Assembly (NCBI GenBank): GCA_964571795.1
Contig: CAZNDK010000003.1
Location: 74,644-138,643, forward strand
Direction of reading: 5' to 3'
Length of the DNA stretch: 64,000 nt
Source of the DNA: an uncultured Gemmatimonadaceae bacterium
GTDB lineage: Bacteria > Gemmatimonadota > Gemmatimonadetes > Gemmatimonadales > GWC2-71-9
Part shown: piece by piece, positions 48,826 to 59,026 of the stretch
How positions within the stretch are numbered: the stretch's first letter is position 1
Layout: each line of letters begins with the position of its first letter
Notes under the pieces: model-generated
Database searches by the model: none
Told to the model about the DNA's origin: nothing
What the model saw: the letters and a program-made list of their open reading frames with translations, nothing else
Position numbers and translations under genes: made by a program

Positions 48826-48896
48826 ACCTTCCTTGAACCCCGCCTCCGGAGCGGCTAAGTTTAGTGCTTGGCTTTACTTAGACCGGGCGGAGCGGC

Positions 48897-49247
48897 ATGC
48901 CGACGTACGATTATCAGTGCACTGCGGGCCACACCTTCGAGAAGATCCACAAGATGTCCGAGTCGCCCCGGGTCAAGTGTCCGACCTGCGGCAAGCCGGC
49001 GGCGCGCCGCATCTCTGGCGGCTCCGGCCTCGTCTTCAAGGGGAGCGGCTTCTACATCACGGACTACGGCAAGGACGGGAAGGGCGCCCGGAAGGCCGAA
49101 TCGGGTGACGGCGCCTCCTCCACGGCGGTGAAGTCGGACTCCGCGTCCGCCGGTTCCGAAAGTTCCAAGGCGCCCAAGCCAGCCGAGAAGTCTCCCAAGG
49201 AGAGCTCGCCGAAGCCGGCCGCCGGGCCGAAGAAGGCGGCCGAGTGA
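48897..49247 (+). CDS. FmdB-family zinc-ribbon protein
   Basis: MPTYDYQCTAGHTFE...VKCPTCG (the CxxC_CxxC_SSSS pattern, with one half degenerate) and FKGSGFYITDY. The tail is low-complexity and Ser/Lys/Pro-rich. Confidence 0.75.
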   Translation: MPTYDYQCTAGHTFEKIHKMSESPRVKCPTCGKPAARRISGGSGLVFKGSGFYITDYGKDGKGARKAESGDGASSTAVKSDSASAGSESSKAPKPAEKSPKESSPKPAAGPKKAAE

Positions 49248-50881
49248 GCGAGGCACTGCGGCAGGCGCTGGCGCGCGTCGCCACGTCCATGGGGGCCGAC
49301 GGCGTCGAGTTCGTGGTGGAGCGTCCCAAGGACGCCGGCCATGGCGACGTCGCCACGAACCTGGCCATGGTGCTGGCCAAGGTGCAGAAGGCGCCGCCCC
49401 GCGCCATCGCTGCGCGGGTCATCGAGGCGCTGGACCTCCCGGCGGGTGTCGTCGAGAAGACGGAAATCGCCGGGCCCGGGTTCATTAACTTCTGGCTGGC
49501 CAGCGACGAACTCGGGAACTCGCTGCGTGCCATCATCGACGCGGGGCCGCGCTACGGCGCGCACGACTTCGGCAAGGGCGTCCGCGTCAACATCGAGTTC
49601 GTCTCCGCCAACCCGACGGGCCCGCTGCACGTCGGGCACGGCCGGGGCGGGGCGCTGGGCGACGGCATCGCCGCCCTCCTCGCGTGGACTGGTCACAACG
49701 TGACCCGCGAGTTCTACATCAACGACGCCGGGGTGCAGATCGACCGGGTCGGCCAGAGCCTCTGGGCGCGGGTGCAGGAAGCGGTCGGGCGACCGTTCGC
49801 CATTCCCGAGGGCGGCTACCACGGCGACTACCTGAAGGAAAACGCGGCGCAAATCCTGGAGCGCGAGGGCCGCGCCTTCGCCGACCTCCCGGAGGCGGAG
49901 GGGGTGCGCCGGTGCCGGGCCCTGGCGCTCGTCATGCAGCGCGAGGAGCAGGACCACGACCTCGCCAGCTTCGGCGTGCGCTACGACGTGATGACCTCGG
50001 AGCAGGCCTTCTACGACCGGGGCGCCATCCCGGCCACGCTGGCGCTGCTCGAGTCGCGCGGGCTCACCTTCGAGCGCGACGGCGCGCTCTGGTTCCGCAC
50101 CACCGATTTCGGCGACGACCAGGACCGCGTCCTGCGCAAGAGCGACGGGAGCTACACCTACTTCCTCCCCGACATCGTGTACCACGTGGACAAGCACGAG
50201 CGCGGGTTCGACCGGGTCATCGACGTCTGGGGCGCGGACCACCACGGGTACATCCCGCGGGTGCGGGCGGCGCTGCGGGCGCTGGGCTACCCCGACGAGT
50301 TCTTCGACGTGTCGGTGGTGCAACTGGTCAAGGTGCTCCGGGGCGGTGCCGAGGTGAAGATGTCCAAGCGCTCGGGCGAGTTCGTGACCCTGCGCGACCT
50401 CGTCGAGGAAGTCGGGCCCGACGCCGCCCGGTACTTCTTCTTGATGCGGCGGGGCGACGCCCAGCTCAATTTCGACCTCGACCTCGCCACCAGCCAGACC
50501 GACGAGAACCCGGTGTTTTACGTGCAGATGGCGCATGCGCGGGTGAGCGGCATCTTCCGGGTGGCTGGCGTGGCACCGGAGCGCGCCACGGCCGACGTCC
50601 GGCTCGACGCGCTCCCGGCGCCGGAAGACCGGGAGCTTCTGAAGAAGCTGACCGCATTTCCCGACGTGACCGCGCGCGCCGCCCGCGACCGGGAGCCGCA
50701 CAAGATCACCGGCTACCTGGAAGAGCTCGCGCGGCTCACCCACGGCTGGTACCACAAGTGCCGCGTCCTTGGCGAGCCGCCCGAGGTGGAACGGGCACGG
50801 CTGGCGCTCGCGCGTGCCACACGGATCGTCCTGGCCAACGGCCTCACCCTTCTCGGCCTCACGGCCCCAGACCGGATGTGA
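49244..50881 (+). CDS. argS: Arginine--tRNA ligase
   Basis: Class I motifs SANPTGPLHVGHGRG (HIGH) and KMSKRSG (KMSKS), with an anticodon-binding DALR C-terminus. GTGA overlap with the zinc-ribbon gene. Confidence 0.92.
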   Translation: MSEALRQALARVATSMGADGVEFVVERPKDAGHGDVATNLAMVLAKVQKAPPRAIAARVIEALDLPAGVVEKTEIAGPGFINFWLASDELGNSLRAIIDAGPRYGAHDFGKGVRVNIEFVSANPTGPLHVGHGRGGALGDGIAALLAWTGHNVTREFYINDAGVQIDRVGQSLWARVQEAVGRPFAIPEGGYHGDYLKENAAQILEREGRAFADLPEAEGVRRCRALALVMQREEQDHDLASFGVRYDVMTSEQAFYDRGAIPATLALLESRGLTFERDGALWFRTTDFGDDQDRVLRKSDGSYTYFLPDIVYHVDKHERGFDRVIDVWGADHHGYIPRVRAALRALGYPDEFFDVSVVQLVKVLRGGAEVKMSKRSGEFVTLRDLVEEVGPDAARYFFLMRRGDAQLNFDLDLATSQTDENPVFYVQMAHARVSGIFRVAGVAPERATADVRLDALPAPEDRELLKKLTAFPDVTARAARDREPHKITGYLEELARLTHGWYHKCRVLGEPPEVERARLALARATRIVLANGLTLLGLTAPDRM

Positions 50882-50885
50882 CGCG

Positions 50886-51806
50886 ATGAGCCTGCTCGTC
50901 GTCGGCAGCGTGGCACTGGATTCGATCCACACCCCGTTCGGCGAGACCGCCGACGCGCTGGGCGGCTCCGCCGTCTACTTCAGCGTCGCGGGCGCCCTCC
51001 TCAATCGCGTCCACGTCGTCGGCGTCATCGGCGACGACTACCCGGTGGCGGAGCTCGAGCGGCTGGCGCCGCTCGGGATCGACTGGAGCGGCGTGGAGCG
51101 GGCCGCGGGGGAGAGCTTCCGCTGGAAGGGGAAGTACTCGTACGACCTGCAGAGCCGGGAAACGCTGGAGACGCGACTCGGTGTCTTCGCGCAATTCCAG
51201 CCCCGCCTGCCCAAGGCGCTGCTCGGCTCGAAGTTCGTCTTCCTGGGCAACATCGACCCGGAACTGCAGCACAATGTGCTCGACCAGATCGCGGCACCCA
51301 GCCTGGTCGTGTGCGACACCATGAACTACTGGATCCAGAGCAAGAAGCCGACGCTCATGGAGCTGCTGAGGCGGGTGGACATCCTGATGGTCAACGACGG
51401 CGAGGCGCGCGAGCTGTCGGGCGACTGGAACATCCACCGGGCGGGCCGCTGGATCCTGGCGCACGGCCCCAAGCGGGTCGTCATCAAGCAGGGCGAGTTC
51501 GGCGCGCTCCTCATCGAGCCGGGCCGGACCTTCTACGTGCCGGCGTTCCCGCTCGAAGAGGTGTTCGACCCGACCGGCGCCGGCGACGCCTTCGCCGGCG
51601 GGTTCATGGGCTACCTTGCGCGCGCCGGGGTGACCGACAGCGACCACCTGCGGCGCGCCATGGTATACGGCGCGGCGATGGGGTCGTTCGCCGTGTCGCA
51701 GTTCGGAATCAAGGGGTTCGAAGGCGTGACGACGGTGGACGTGGAGCAGCGGGTGCGGGCCTTCCACGACCTGACCCACGTGGTGCTGGCGGAACGGGTC
51801 CCGTGA
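50886..51806 (+). CDS. PfkB-family carbohydrate kinase
   Basis: Ribokinase-like fold signature DPTGAGDAFAGGF and N-terminal LLVVGSVALDSI. The substrate is not inferable. Confidence 0.8.
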   Translation: MSLLVVGSVALDSIHTPFGETADALGGSAVYFSVAGALLNRVHVVGVIGDDYPVAELERLAPLGIDWSGVERAAGESFRWKGKYSYDLQSRETLETRLGVFAQFQPRLPKALLGSKFVFLGNIDPELQHNVLDQIAAPSLVVCDTMNYWIQSKKPTLMELLRRVDILMVNDGEARELSGDWNIHRAGRWILAHGPKRVVIKQGEFGALLIEPGRTFYVPAFPLEEVFDPTGAGDAFAGGFMGYLARAGVTDSDHLRRAMVYGAAMGSFAVSQFGIKGFEGVTTVDVEQRVRAFHDLTHVVLAERVP

Positions 51807-52840
51807 CGCGCCCGGCAGAACCGCGTCAGTACGCCGCCGCAGGCGTGGACCTGGCCGACGCCGAGTCCGCCAAGGCCCGCATCGGGCGGCTGGTGGCCAG
51901 CACCCGCACGCCGTTGACGGCGGGGCGGGTGGGCGCCTTCGGCGGCATGGTGCGCCTCCCGGCCGGCCTCCGCCAACCGACGCTGGTCATGAGCACCGAC
52001 GGGGTGGGCACCAAGGTGCTGGTGGCCCAGCAGGCGGGGCGGTACGACACCGTCGGCGAGTGCCTCGTCAACCACAGCGTCAACGACATCCTTGTGCACG
52101 GCGCGCGTCCGCTGGCGTTCATGGACTACGTGGCGGGCGCGGGGCTCGGGATCGAGGTCCTGGCGGACATCGTCGAGGGCGTGGCCCGCGGCTGCCGGGC
52201 CCACGCGATGGACCTGGCGGGCGGCGAGACGGCCCAGATGCCTGGACTCTACGCGCCGGGTCACTTCGACCTGGCCGGTACCATCGTCGGCGTGGTGGAG
52301 GAAGCCGAGGCGCTGCACGGCGATGCGGTGTGCCCGGGCGACGTGTTGCTCGGCTACGCCTCGACCGGCCTCCACACCAACGGCTACACGCTGGCCCGCA
52401 AGGTCGCGGCCGACGACCTGCGACTCGGCGTGCACGATCCGCTGCCCGGTCTCGGGCAGACCGTCGCTGAGGCGTTCCTCGCGGTGCACCGGAGCTACGC
52501 CCGGGCCATCACGCCGGTGCTCGGACGGGTGCACGCGCTGGCCCACATCACCGGCGGCGGCATCCCGGGCAACCTGGTGCGGGTGCTGCCCGAGGGATGC
52601 GAGGCCGTGGTCGATGCCCGGAGCTGGACCTGGCCGCCGCTGTTCCGGCTGCTGCAAGACGCCGGAAAGGTGTCGACCGAGGAGATGCGCGACGTGTTCA
52701 ACCTCGGCGCGGGAATGATTGCCGTGCTGCCCGCGGACGCGGTGGGTGCCGCGCAGGCCGCGGGCGCCGCCGATGGCGTCAGCACATGGGTCATGGGCGA
52801 GGTGCGGGCGGGCACGACGGGCGTCCGGTTTGGCGGGTGA
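51803..52840 (+). CDS. purM: Phosphoribosylformylglycinamidine cyclo-ligase PurM
   Basis: YAAAGVD, STDGVGTKV, NDILVHGARPLAFMDY, GGETAQMPG. GTGA overlap. Confidence 0.92.
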   Translation: MTRPAEPRQYAAAGVDLADAESAKARIGRLVASTRTPLTAGRVGAFGGMVRLPAGLRQPTLVMSTDGVGTKVLVAQQAGRYDTVGECLVNHSVNDILVHGARPLAFMDYVAGAGLGIEVLADIVEGVARGCRAHAMDLAGGETAQMPGLYAPGHFDLAGTIVGVVEEAEALHGDAVCPGDVLLGYASTGLHTNGYTLARKVAADDLRLGVHDPLPGLGQTVAEAFLAVHRSYARAITPVLGRVHALAHITGGGIPGNLVRVLPEGCEAVVDARSWTWPPLFRLLQDAGKVSTEEMRDVFNLGAGMIAVLPADAVGAAQAAGAADGVSTWVMGEVRAGTTGVRFGG

Positions 52841-52859
52841 CTCCCGCGGGGCTGCCGGG

Positions 52860-53936
52860 ATGACCGACGCGACGGCAATGGAGCGAGCCCTCGAGCTCGC
52901 CTGGCGCGGATGGGGCCGGGTCCACCCGAACCCGCTGGTCGGTGCGGTGGTGCTCGATGCGGCCGGCGCGGTGGCCGGTGAAGGGTGGCACGCCGAGTTC
53001 GGGGGCCCGCACGCCGAGCGCGTGGCGCTCGAGGCCGCCGGGCCGAGGGCGCGGGGCGGCACCCTCGTGGTGACGCTCGAGCCCTGCGCCCACGTGGGGA
53101 AGCAGCCGCCGTGCACCGAGGCGATCCTCGCCGCGGGCGTGGCCCGCGTGGTGTACGCGCTGGACGACCCCAACCCCGAAGCGTCCGGCGGCGCCGAGCT
53201 GCTGCGCGCCGCGGGCGTGCGGGTGGAGGCTGAGTGCCTGCGACCCGAGGCAGCGGTCCAGAACGCCCCGTTCCTCGCACGATGGCGGTTTGCGGATCGC
53301 CCCTGGGTGGCCCTCAAGCTGGCCACTTCGCTGGACGGGCGCATCGCCGATCGCTTCGGCCGCTCGCGGTGGATTTCGGGGGAGCCGGCACGTGACTTCG
53401 TGCACTGGCTGCGCGCGGGGATGGACGCCATCGGCATCGGCGGCGCCACGGCCCGCGCGGACGATCCCTCCCTCACCGTGCGGGGCGAGATCCGGCCGCG
53501 GGTGGAGCCACTGCGCGTCATCTTCGACCGGGCCGGCAGCCTGCACACGACGCTGGAAGTGCTCCGCACCGCGAAGGAACGGCCAACCTGCGTCGTGGCC
53601 GGGCCGCTGCTCTCGAGCGAGCGGGCCGAGGCGTTGGGGGAGGCGGGCGTGACGCTCATCCGTGCCGCCGGCCTTCGCGACGGCATGGCGGCGCTTCGCC
53701 GGATCGGAGTCGGTGCGATGGTCGTCGAAGGCGGGGGGCAGCTGGCGGGCGCACTGCTTGGAGAAGGCCTCGTGGACCGCTTCTACTGGATCCAGAGCCC
53801 GGTCTGGCTTGGGGAGGGGGGCGTGCCGGCGGTGGCTGGCCTGCCGGGCGTCGAGTTGGCCACCGCCGAGCGGTGGACGGTGGTCGAGCGCCGGGCCCTG
53901 GGGGCCGACACGCTGCTCGTGGCGGACCGGGGCTGA
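52860..53936 (+). CDS. ribD: Bifunctional diaminohydroxyphosphoribosylaminopyrimidine deaminase / 5-amino-6-(5-phosphoribosylamino)uracil reductase RibD
   Basis: Deaminase zinc motifs HAERVAL and EPCAHVGKQPPC. C-terminal reductase domain (VALKLATSLDGRIA). Confidence 0.9.
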   Translation: MTDATAMERALELAWRGWGRVHPNPLVGAVVLDAAGAVAGEGWHAEFGGPHAERVALEAAGPRARGGTLVVTLEPCAHVGKQPPCTEAILAAGVARVVYALDDPNPEASGGAELLRAAGVRVEAECLRPEAAVQNAPFLARWRFADRPWVALKLATSLDGRIADRFGRSRWISGEPARDFVHWLRAGMDAIGIGGATARADDPSLTVRGEIRPRVEPLRVIFDRAGSLHTTLEVLRTAKERPTCVVAGPLLSSERAEALGEAGVTLIRAAGLRDGMAALRRIGVGAMVVEGGGQLAGALLGEGLVDRFYWIQSPVWLGEGGVPAVAGLPGVELATAERWTVVERRALGADTLLVADRG

Positions 53937-54535
53937 TGTTCACCGGCCTCGTCACGGCTGTGGGCACCGTCCGGACCGCGCGGTCCGCCGACGGCGGGCG
54001 CGCGCTGGTCATTCGGGCCCCGTTCCGCGGCCTGGCACTGGGCGAGAGCATCGCGGTGGATGGAGCCTGCCTCACGGTGTCGCGCCGGCTCCGCGGCGCG
54101 TTCGAGGTGCACGTGGTGGCCACCTCGCTCGAGCGCACGACGTTTGGCGCCGTGCGCGCGGGGCGCCGGGTCAACCTCGAGCGCGCGCTCCGCGCCGGCG
54201 ACCGGCTGGGAGGCCACCTGGTGCAGGGACACGTGGACGGCGTCGGGACCATCCGCCGCATCCGCCGGCAGGAGGACGCGCTGCTGATGGACATCGCCGT
54301 GCCGGCCGCGGTGGCGCGGGCCACGGTGCCGCTTGGCTCGATCACGGTGGACGGGGTGAGCCTCACGGTCAACGCGCTCCGCGGGCGGGGCGTGGTCCAG
54401 GTATCGCTGATTCCTTATACCTTACAGCACACCACCCTCGGGGACCGCCGGGTCGGCGATCGGGTCCACCTGGAGGGTGACACCATCGGGAAGTACGTGG
54501 CGGCCTGGCTGTCGCGCCGCGGAGAGCATACATGA
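53936..54535 (+). CDS. ribE: Riboflavin synthase alpha chain
   Basis: MFTGLV start and duplicated lumazine-binding repeats ([13 protein letters not shown] / [12 protein letters not shown]). Confidence 0.9.
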   Translation: MFTGLVTAVGTVRTARSADGGRALVIRAPFRGLALGESIAVDGACLTVSRRLRGAFEVHVVATSLERTTFGAVRAGRRVNLERALRAGDRLGGHLVQGHVDGVGTIRRIRRQEDALLMDIAVPAAVARATVPLGSITVDGVSLTVNALRGRGVVQVSLIPYTLQHTTLGDRRVGDRVHLEGDTIGKYVAAWLSRRGEHT

Positions 54536-55737
54536 CGTTCGCGAAGATCGAGCAGGCGATCGAGGACCTGCGGAACGGCAAGATCATCATCGTGGCCGAC
54601 GACGAGGACCGCGAGAACGAGGGCGACCTCGTCTGTTCCGCGGAACTCGTGACGCCCGAGATGATCAACTTCATGACCCTCCACGGGCGCGGGCTCATCT
54701 GCCTGGCGCTCACGGGGGAACGCTGCGACCAGCTGGGCCTGGCCCAGATGGCGGAGCACAATACCGAGGCGCTCGGCACCGCGTTCACGGTCAGCATCGA
54801 CGCCGAACGGCGCTTCGGGGTCACGACCGGCATTTCGGCGGCCGACCGCGCCGCCACCATCCACGTCGCCATCAACCCCGCCACCGTGGCCGCCGACCTC
54901 CGGCGCCCCGGGCACGTCTTTCCGCTCCGCGCCCGGCCGGGCGGCGTGCTGCAGCGGGTCGGCCAGACCGAGGCCAGCGTGGACCTCGCGCGCCTGGCGG
55001 GGCTGGCACCGGCCGGCGTCATCTGCGAAATCCTGAACGCCGACGGCACCATGGCGCGCCGGCCGGAGCTCGAGGTGTTCGCCGAGACGCACGGGCTCAC
55101 GTTCGTGACGGTGGCCGACCTCGTGGCCTACCGGCTCCAGAAGGAGCGGCTGGTCCACCGGGTGGCCACGGCGCGGCTTCCCACCGACTTCGGCGACTTC
55201 CGCGTCATCGGGTACCGGAACGACGTGGACCGTGCCGAGCACGTGGCGCTGGTGCACGGCGAGGTGGAGGGCGCCCAGAACGTGCTCGTGCGGATGCACT
55301 CGAAGTGTCTCACCGGCGACGTCTTCGGCTCGAAGCGCTGCGACTGCGGGGCACAGCTGCACGCCGCCATGCGGCAGGTGGTGGCCGCCGGGTCCGGCGT
55401 CATCGTCTATCTCGACCAGGAAGGGCGGGGCATCGGGCTCCTCAACAAGCTCCGCGCCTACGCCCTGCAGGACGGCGGTGACGATACGGTCGAGGCCAAC
55501 GAGCGGCTCGGCTTCGCCCCGGACCTCCGGAACTACGGCATCGGCGCGCAGATCCTGAAGGACCTCGGCCTGTCCACCATCCGCATCATGACCAACAATC
55601 CGCGCAAGCTGGTCGGCGTCGAGGGCTACGGCCTCGAAATCGTCGAGCGGGTGCCGCTCCTCATCGACCAGACCACCGAAAACTCGGACTACCTCACCGC
55701 CAAGCGCGACAAGCTCGGCCACCTCCTGGCCCACTGA
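54532..55737 (+). CDS. ribBA: Bifunctional 3,4-dihydroxy-2-butanone-4-phosphate synthase / GTP cyclohydrolase II RibBA
   Basis: DHBPS motif [11 protein letters not shown] and the GCHII zinc motif [15 protein letters not shown]. Confidence 0.92.
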   Translation: MTFAKIEQAIEDLRNGKIIIVADDEDRENEGDLVCSAELVTPEMINFMTLHGRGLICLALTGERCDQLGLAQMAEHNTEALGTAFTVSIDAERRFGVTTGISAADRAATIHVAINPATVAADLRRPGHVFPLRARPGGVLQRVGQTEASVDLARLAGLAPAGVICEILNADGTMARRPELEVFAETHGLTFVTVADLVAYRLQKERLVHRVATARLPTDFGDFRVIGYRNDVDRAEHVALVHGEVEGAQNVLVRMHSKCLTGDVFGSKRCDCGAQLHAAMRQVVAAGSGVIVYLDQEGRGIGLLNKLRAYALQDGGDDTVEANERLGFAPDLRNYGIGAQILKDLGLSTIRIMTNNPRKLVGVEGYGLEIVERVPLLIDQTTENSDYLTAKRDKLGHLLAH

Positions 55738-55739
55738 CC

Positions 55740-56219
55740 ATGCCTGAATACTCCGGTCGCCTCGGCCCCGTGGGTCGCGTGGCCATCGTGGTCGCCCGCT
55801 ACAACGAGCTCGTCACCGGCAAGCTGCTCGAGGGCGCCCGCCACTGCTGCCGGGACGCCCGCATTGCCGACCGCCACGTGGACGTGCTCTGGGCGGCGGG
55901 GGCGTTCGAGCTGCCGGTGCTCGCCGAGGAGGCCGCGCGCTCGGGGCAGTACGCCTGCCTCGTGGCGCTCGGCGCCGTGGTGCGCGGAGAGACACCGCAC
56001 TTCGAATTCGTGGCCGGCGAGGCCACCCGCGGACTCGGCGAGGTGTCCCGGAAGCACGTGCTGCCGATCGGCTTCGGCCTTCTCACCGTGGACACCATGC
56101 AGCAGGCACTGGATCGGGCCGGTGGCGCCGCGGGCAACAAGGGCTATGAAGCGGCGGAGGCGGCAATCACCGCTGCCGACGCCCTGGCGCGGATCAGGCG
56201 GGCCGATGCTCCGGTCTGA
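55740..56219 (+). CDS. ribH: 6,7-dimethyl-8-ribityllumazine synthase
   Basis: VVARYNELVT, WAAGAFELP, LGAVVRGETPHFEFV. Confidence 0.9.
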   Translation: MPEYSGRLGPVGRVAIVVARYNELVTGKLLEGARHCCRDARIADRHVDVLWAAGAFELPVLAEEAARSGQYACLVALGAVVRGETPHFEFVAGEATRGLGEVSRKHVLPIGFGLLTVDTMQQALDRAGGAAGNKGYEAAEAAITAADALARIRRADAPV

Positions 56220-56616
56220 GACCCGCGCGCGGGCCCGCGCGCGCCAGTTGCTCTACACCTGTGAAATCACCGGCGCCGGTTCGGCGGGCGCGGCGACCGG
56301 GCTCGCGCGCCTGACGGGGCCGGAGCCACGGGTCCTCGACGGGGCCGAGGCGCTCGCCGCCGGCGTCCTGGCCGAGCGGGAGCCGCTCGATCGCCTGATC
56401 CAGGGCGCGGCCGACAACTGGCGCCTCGAGCGCATCGGGATCGTGGAGCGGAACATCCTGCGGCTCGGCATCCATGAACTTCGGCTCGGCGTCACCCCGC
56501 CCAAGGTCGTCATCGACGAGGCCATCCGCCTCGGTCAGTGGTTCGGCGGGCCCAAGACGCCGGCCTTCGTCAACGGCGTGCTCGACCGGATCGCGCACTC
56601 CCTCGGGCGGCTGTGA
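56206..56616 (+). CDS. nusB: Transcription antitermination factor NusB
   Basis: Canonical position after ribH. It has the NusB pattern (RARARQLLY; ERNILRLGIHEL; PPKVVIDEAIRLGQWFG; FVNGVLDRI). Confidence 0.85.
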   Translation: MLRSETRARARARQLLYTCEITGAGSAGAATGLARLTGPEPRVLDGAEALAAGVLAEREPLDRLIQGAADNWRLERIGIVERNILRLGIHELRLGVTPPKVVIDEAIRLGQWFGGPKTPAFVNGVLDRIAHSLGRL

Positions 56617-57722
56617 ACCTCCTCGTCGTCAACTGGCTCGACCGCCTGAATCCGCTCGCCGGGGGCGCCGAGATTCACCTGTTCGAGATCTTTCGGCGGC
56701 TCGCGGCCCGCGGGCACCGGGTGCGGCTGGTCTGCTCCGGCTGGCCGGGGGCCACGCCGGTGGAGACGGTGGACGGGATCGAGGTGACGAGGGTCGCGCA
56801 CCGGAACACCTTTGCCCTGGCCGGCCGGGGAGCGGTCCGCCGGGCGCTTGCCGCGGAGCGGCCCGACGTCCTCATCGAGGACATCAACAAGCTGCCGCTC
56901 CTCCTCGCCGGGCTGACCGACGTGCCGATGTGCGTCCTGGTGCCGCATCTCTTCGGGGCCACGGCCTTCCAGGAGGCGCCCTGGCCGATGGCCGCCACGG
57001 TCTGGGTGGCCGAGCGGCTGATTCCGGGGGCGTACCGCCGGGCCGACTTCGAGGCCATCAGCGAGAGCACCCGGGACGACCTCGTGTCCCGGGGCGTCGC
57101 ACGGGACCGGATCCGGGTCATCCATCCCGGCGTGGACGCCACGGAGTTCTACCCCGATCCCTCGGTGCCCCGGTCCGCTCCTCCCTCCTTCCTCTATGTG
57201 GGGCGCCTCAAGCGCTACAAGCGTGTGGACCTGGCCATCCGGGCCCTCGGCATCGCCCGGCGGACCCGGCCGGACCTGTCACTCGACATCGCCGGGACCG
57301 GAGACGACCGCCCCCGGCTGGAGGCCCTGATCGCGGAATCGGGGCTGGGAACCGCCGTCCGGTTCCATGGGTTTGTGACCGAGGAGCGCAAACTGCAGCT
57401 CCTGCGGAGCACGTGGGCAAATCTCTTCCCTTCGCCGAAGGAGGGGTGGGGTATTACCGTTGTGGAAGCGGCCGCGTGCGGCACGCCCTCCCTCGCCTCC
57501 GACAGCCCCGGACTCCGGGATTCGGTGCGGGACGGGGAGACCGGCTTCCTGGTCCCCCACGGAGATCCGGCGGCGCTGGCCGCCCGAATGCTGGAACTCG
57601 CCGCGGACGCCGCCCTGGTGGACCGCCTGGGACAGGCGGGGCGCCGATTCGCCGAGTCGTTGTCGTGGGACCGTGTGGCCGATTTGACCGAGTCCCATCT
57701 CCGGGAGCTCGCCGGCCGTTGA
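56613..57722 (+). CDS. GT4-family (GT-B fold) glycosyltransferase
   Basis: N-terminal GGAEIHLFEIFRRLAARGH and the C-terminal E-x7-E region (PSPKEGWGITVVEAAACGTPSLASD). GTGA overlap with nusB. Confidence 0.8.
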   Translation: MNLLVVNWLDRLNPLAGGAEIHLFEIFRRLAARGHRVRLVCSGWPGATPVETVDGIEVTRVAHRNTFALAGRGAVRRALAAERPDVLIEDINKLPLLLAGLTDVPMCVLVPHLFGATAFQEAPWPMAATVWVAERLIPGAYRRADFEAISESTRDDLVSRGVARDRIRVIHPGVDATEFYPDPSVPRSAPPSFLYVGRLKRYKRVDLAIRALGIARRTRPDLSLDIAGTGDDRPRLEALIAESGLGTAVRFHGFVTEERKLQLLRSTWANLFPSPKEGWGITVVEAAACGTPSLASDSPGLRDSVRDGETGFLVPHGDPAALAARMLELAADAALVDRLGQAGRRFAESLSWDRVADLTESHLRELAGR

Positions 57723-57746
57723 CCTGACTCCTTCACGGGGGGTTGC

Positions 57747-58064
57747 ATGCCCGTCACGATCACCGCCCGCCATTGTGAACTGCCCGACCTGCTCCGCGAG
57801 CGCGCCAACGAAGTCGCGGCCCGCCTCGAAACCCGCGTGGGGCGACCCACCGAGATCGCCCTCCTGTTCGACGTGGACGCCGGTGTGCCGACTGCCGAGA
57901 TCCGGCTCCGCGCCGCCGGTGAGGACCTCGTCATGGCCGCCGGCCGCGGCGACGACCATCGCACCGCGCTCGACCAGGCCGAAGCCAAGGTGCGCCGCCA
58001 GCTCGAGAAGCCGGGCACCCGCCGGCTCCGGAAGCGGAAGCCCACCGAACTGGACAATGTGTGA
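57747..58064 (+). CDS. hpf: Ribosome hibernation promoting factor (short HPF/YfiA family)
   Basis: 105 aa with the S30AE pattern (PVTITARHCELPDLLRE..IRLRAAGEDLVMAAGRGDDHRTALDQAEAKVRRQLEK). Confidence 0.75.
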   Translation: MPVTITARHCELPDLLRERANEVAARLETRVGRPTEIALLFDVDAGVPTAEIRLRAAGEDLVMAAGRGDDHRTALDQAEAKVRRQLEKPGTRRLRKRKPTELDNV

Positions 58065-59026
58065 CCCTGCGACTCCGTGACCTGGTCGAGAGCAACGGCG
58101 AGGCGCTCCAGCTCGAGTGCCTGACCGGCGCACTCGGTCTCGACCGGTTCCTGCCCGATGCGGAGGTGGCGAGTCCCGGCCTGGCGCTGGCGGGGTTCAC
58201 CACGCGGTTCATCGCCAACCGCATTCACGTGCTGGGCGAAACGGAAATCACCTACCTGGCGGCGCTGGACGCCCAGGCCCGGAAGGCGGCGCTCGACGGG
58301 CTGTTCGGCTTCGACCTGCCGGTGCTGTTCGTGACCAAGGGGCTGCCGGTCCCGGTCGAGCTGCTCGAGATCGCGCAGCGCCGGCAAATCCCGGTGGTCC
58401 GGACCCAGCTCAAGACGGCGGAGTTCTACCGCCGGATCAAGCCGGTGCTGGAGGACGCATTCGCCGCGCGGACCACGCTGCACGGATCGCTCGCGGACGT
58501 CTATGGCGTCGGGCTCCTCTTCATCGGCCGGTCCGGGATCGGCAAGAGCGAGTGCGTGCTCGACCTGGTCGAGCGCGGCCACCGGCTGGTGGCCGACGAC
58601 GTGGTGCAGGTGTCCCGGCGGGGGAGCGGCGTGCTGATCGGCAAGGGCCACGAGCTGGCCCAGCATCACATGGAGATCCGGGGCATCGGGCTGGTGGACA
58701 TCTCGGCGCTGTTCGGCGTGCGGGCCATCCGCCAGCAGAAGCGCATCGAGGTGGTGGTGCAGTTGGAGGACTGGGACAACGCGAAGGACGCCGAGCGCAC
58801 CGGGCTGGCGCAGCAGGAAGTCGAGATCCTCGACGTCAAGGTGCCCAAGGTGCTCGTGCCGCTCAACCCCGGCAAGAACCTCACCGTCATCTCGGAAGTC
58901 GTGGCGATGATGCACCTGCTGCGGTACTCGGGCGTGGACGTCGCCGCCGCCTTCAACGAGCGCCTCATCCGCCGGATGAAGGAGCAGCGCGGCATCCGGG
59001 AGTACCTCCAGGAAGACTATGAGTGA
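58061..59026 (+). CDS. hprK: HPr kinase/phosphorylase
   Basis: Full-length (321 aa) protein with the P-loop GRSGIGKSE and signature GHELAQHHMEIRGIGLVDI. GTGA overlap with hpf. Confidence 0.9.
   Translation: MTLRLRDLVESNGEALQLECLTGALGLDRFLPDAEVASPGLALAGFTTRFIANRIHVLGETEITYLAALDAQARKAALDGLFGFDLPVLFVTKGLPVPVELLEIAQRRQIPVVRTQLKTAEFYRRIKPVLEDAFAARTTLHGSLADVYGVGLLFIGRSGIGKSECVLDLVERGHRLVADDVVQVSRRGSGVLIGKGHELAQHHMEIRGIGLVDISALFGVRAIRQQKRIEVVVQLEDWDNAKDAERTGLAQQEVEILDVKVPKVLVPLNPGKNLTVISEVVAMMHLLRYSGVDVAAAFNERLIRRMKEQRGIREYLQEDYE

Noticed and set aside
48861-48885. A sigma-54 type promoter (the TTGGC element) upstream of the zinc-ribbon gene.
   Set aside because: The GG at 48870-48871 is not matched by a GC at the required +12 spacing; positions 48882-48883 are AC.
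52841-52859. An FMN riboswitch upstream of the rib operon (ribD).
   Set aside because: Only 19 nt separate the purM stop from the ribD start. That is far too short for an FMN aptamer, and no RFN-like sequence is seen within the purM 3' end.
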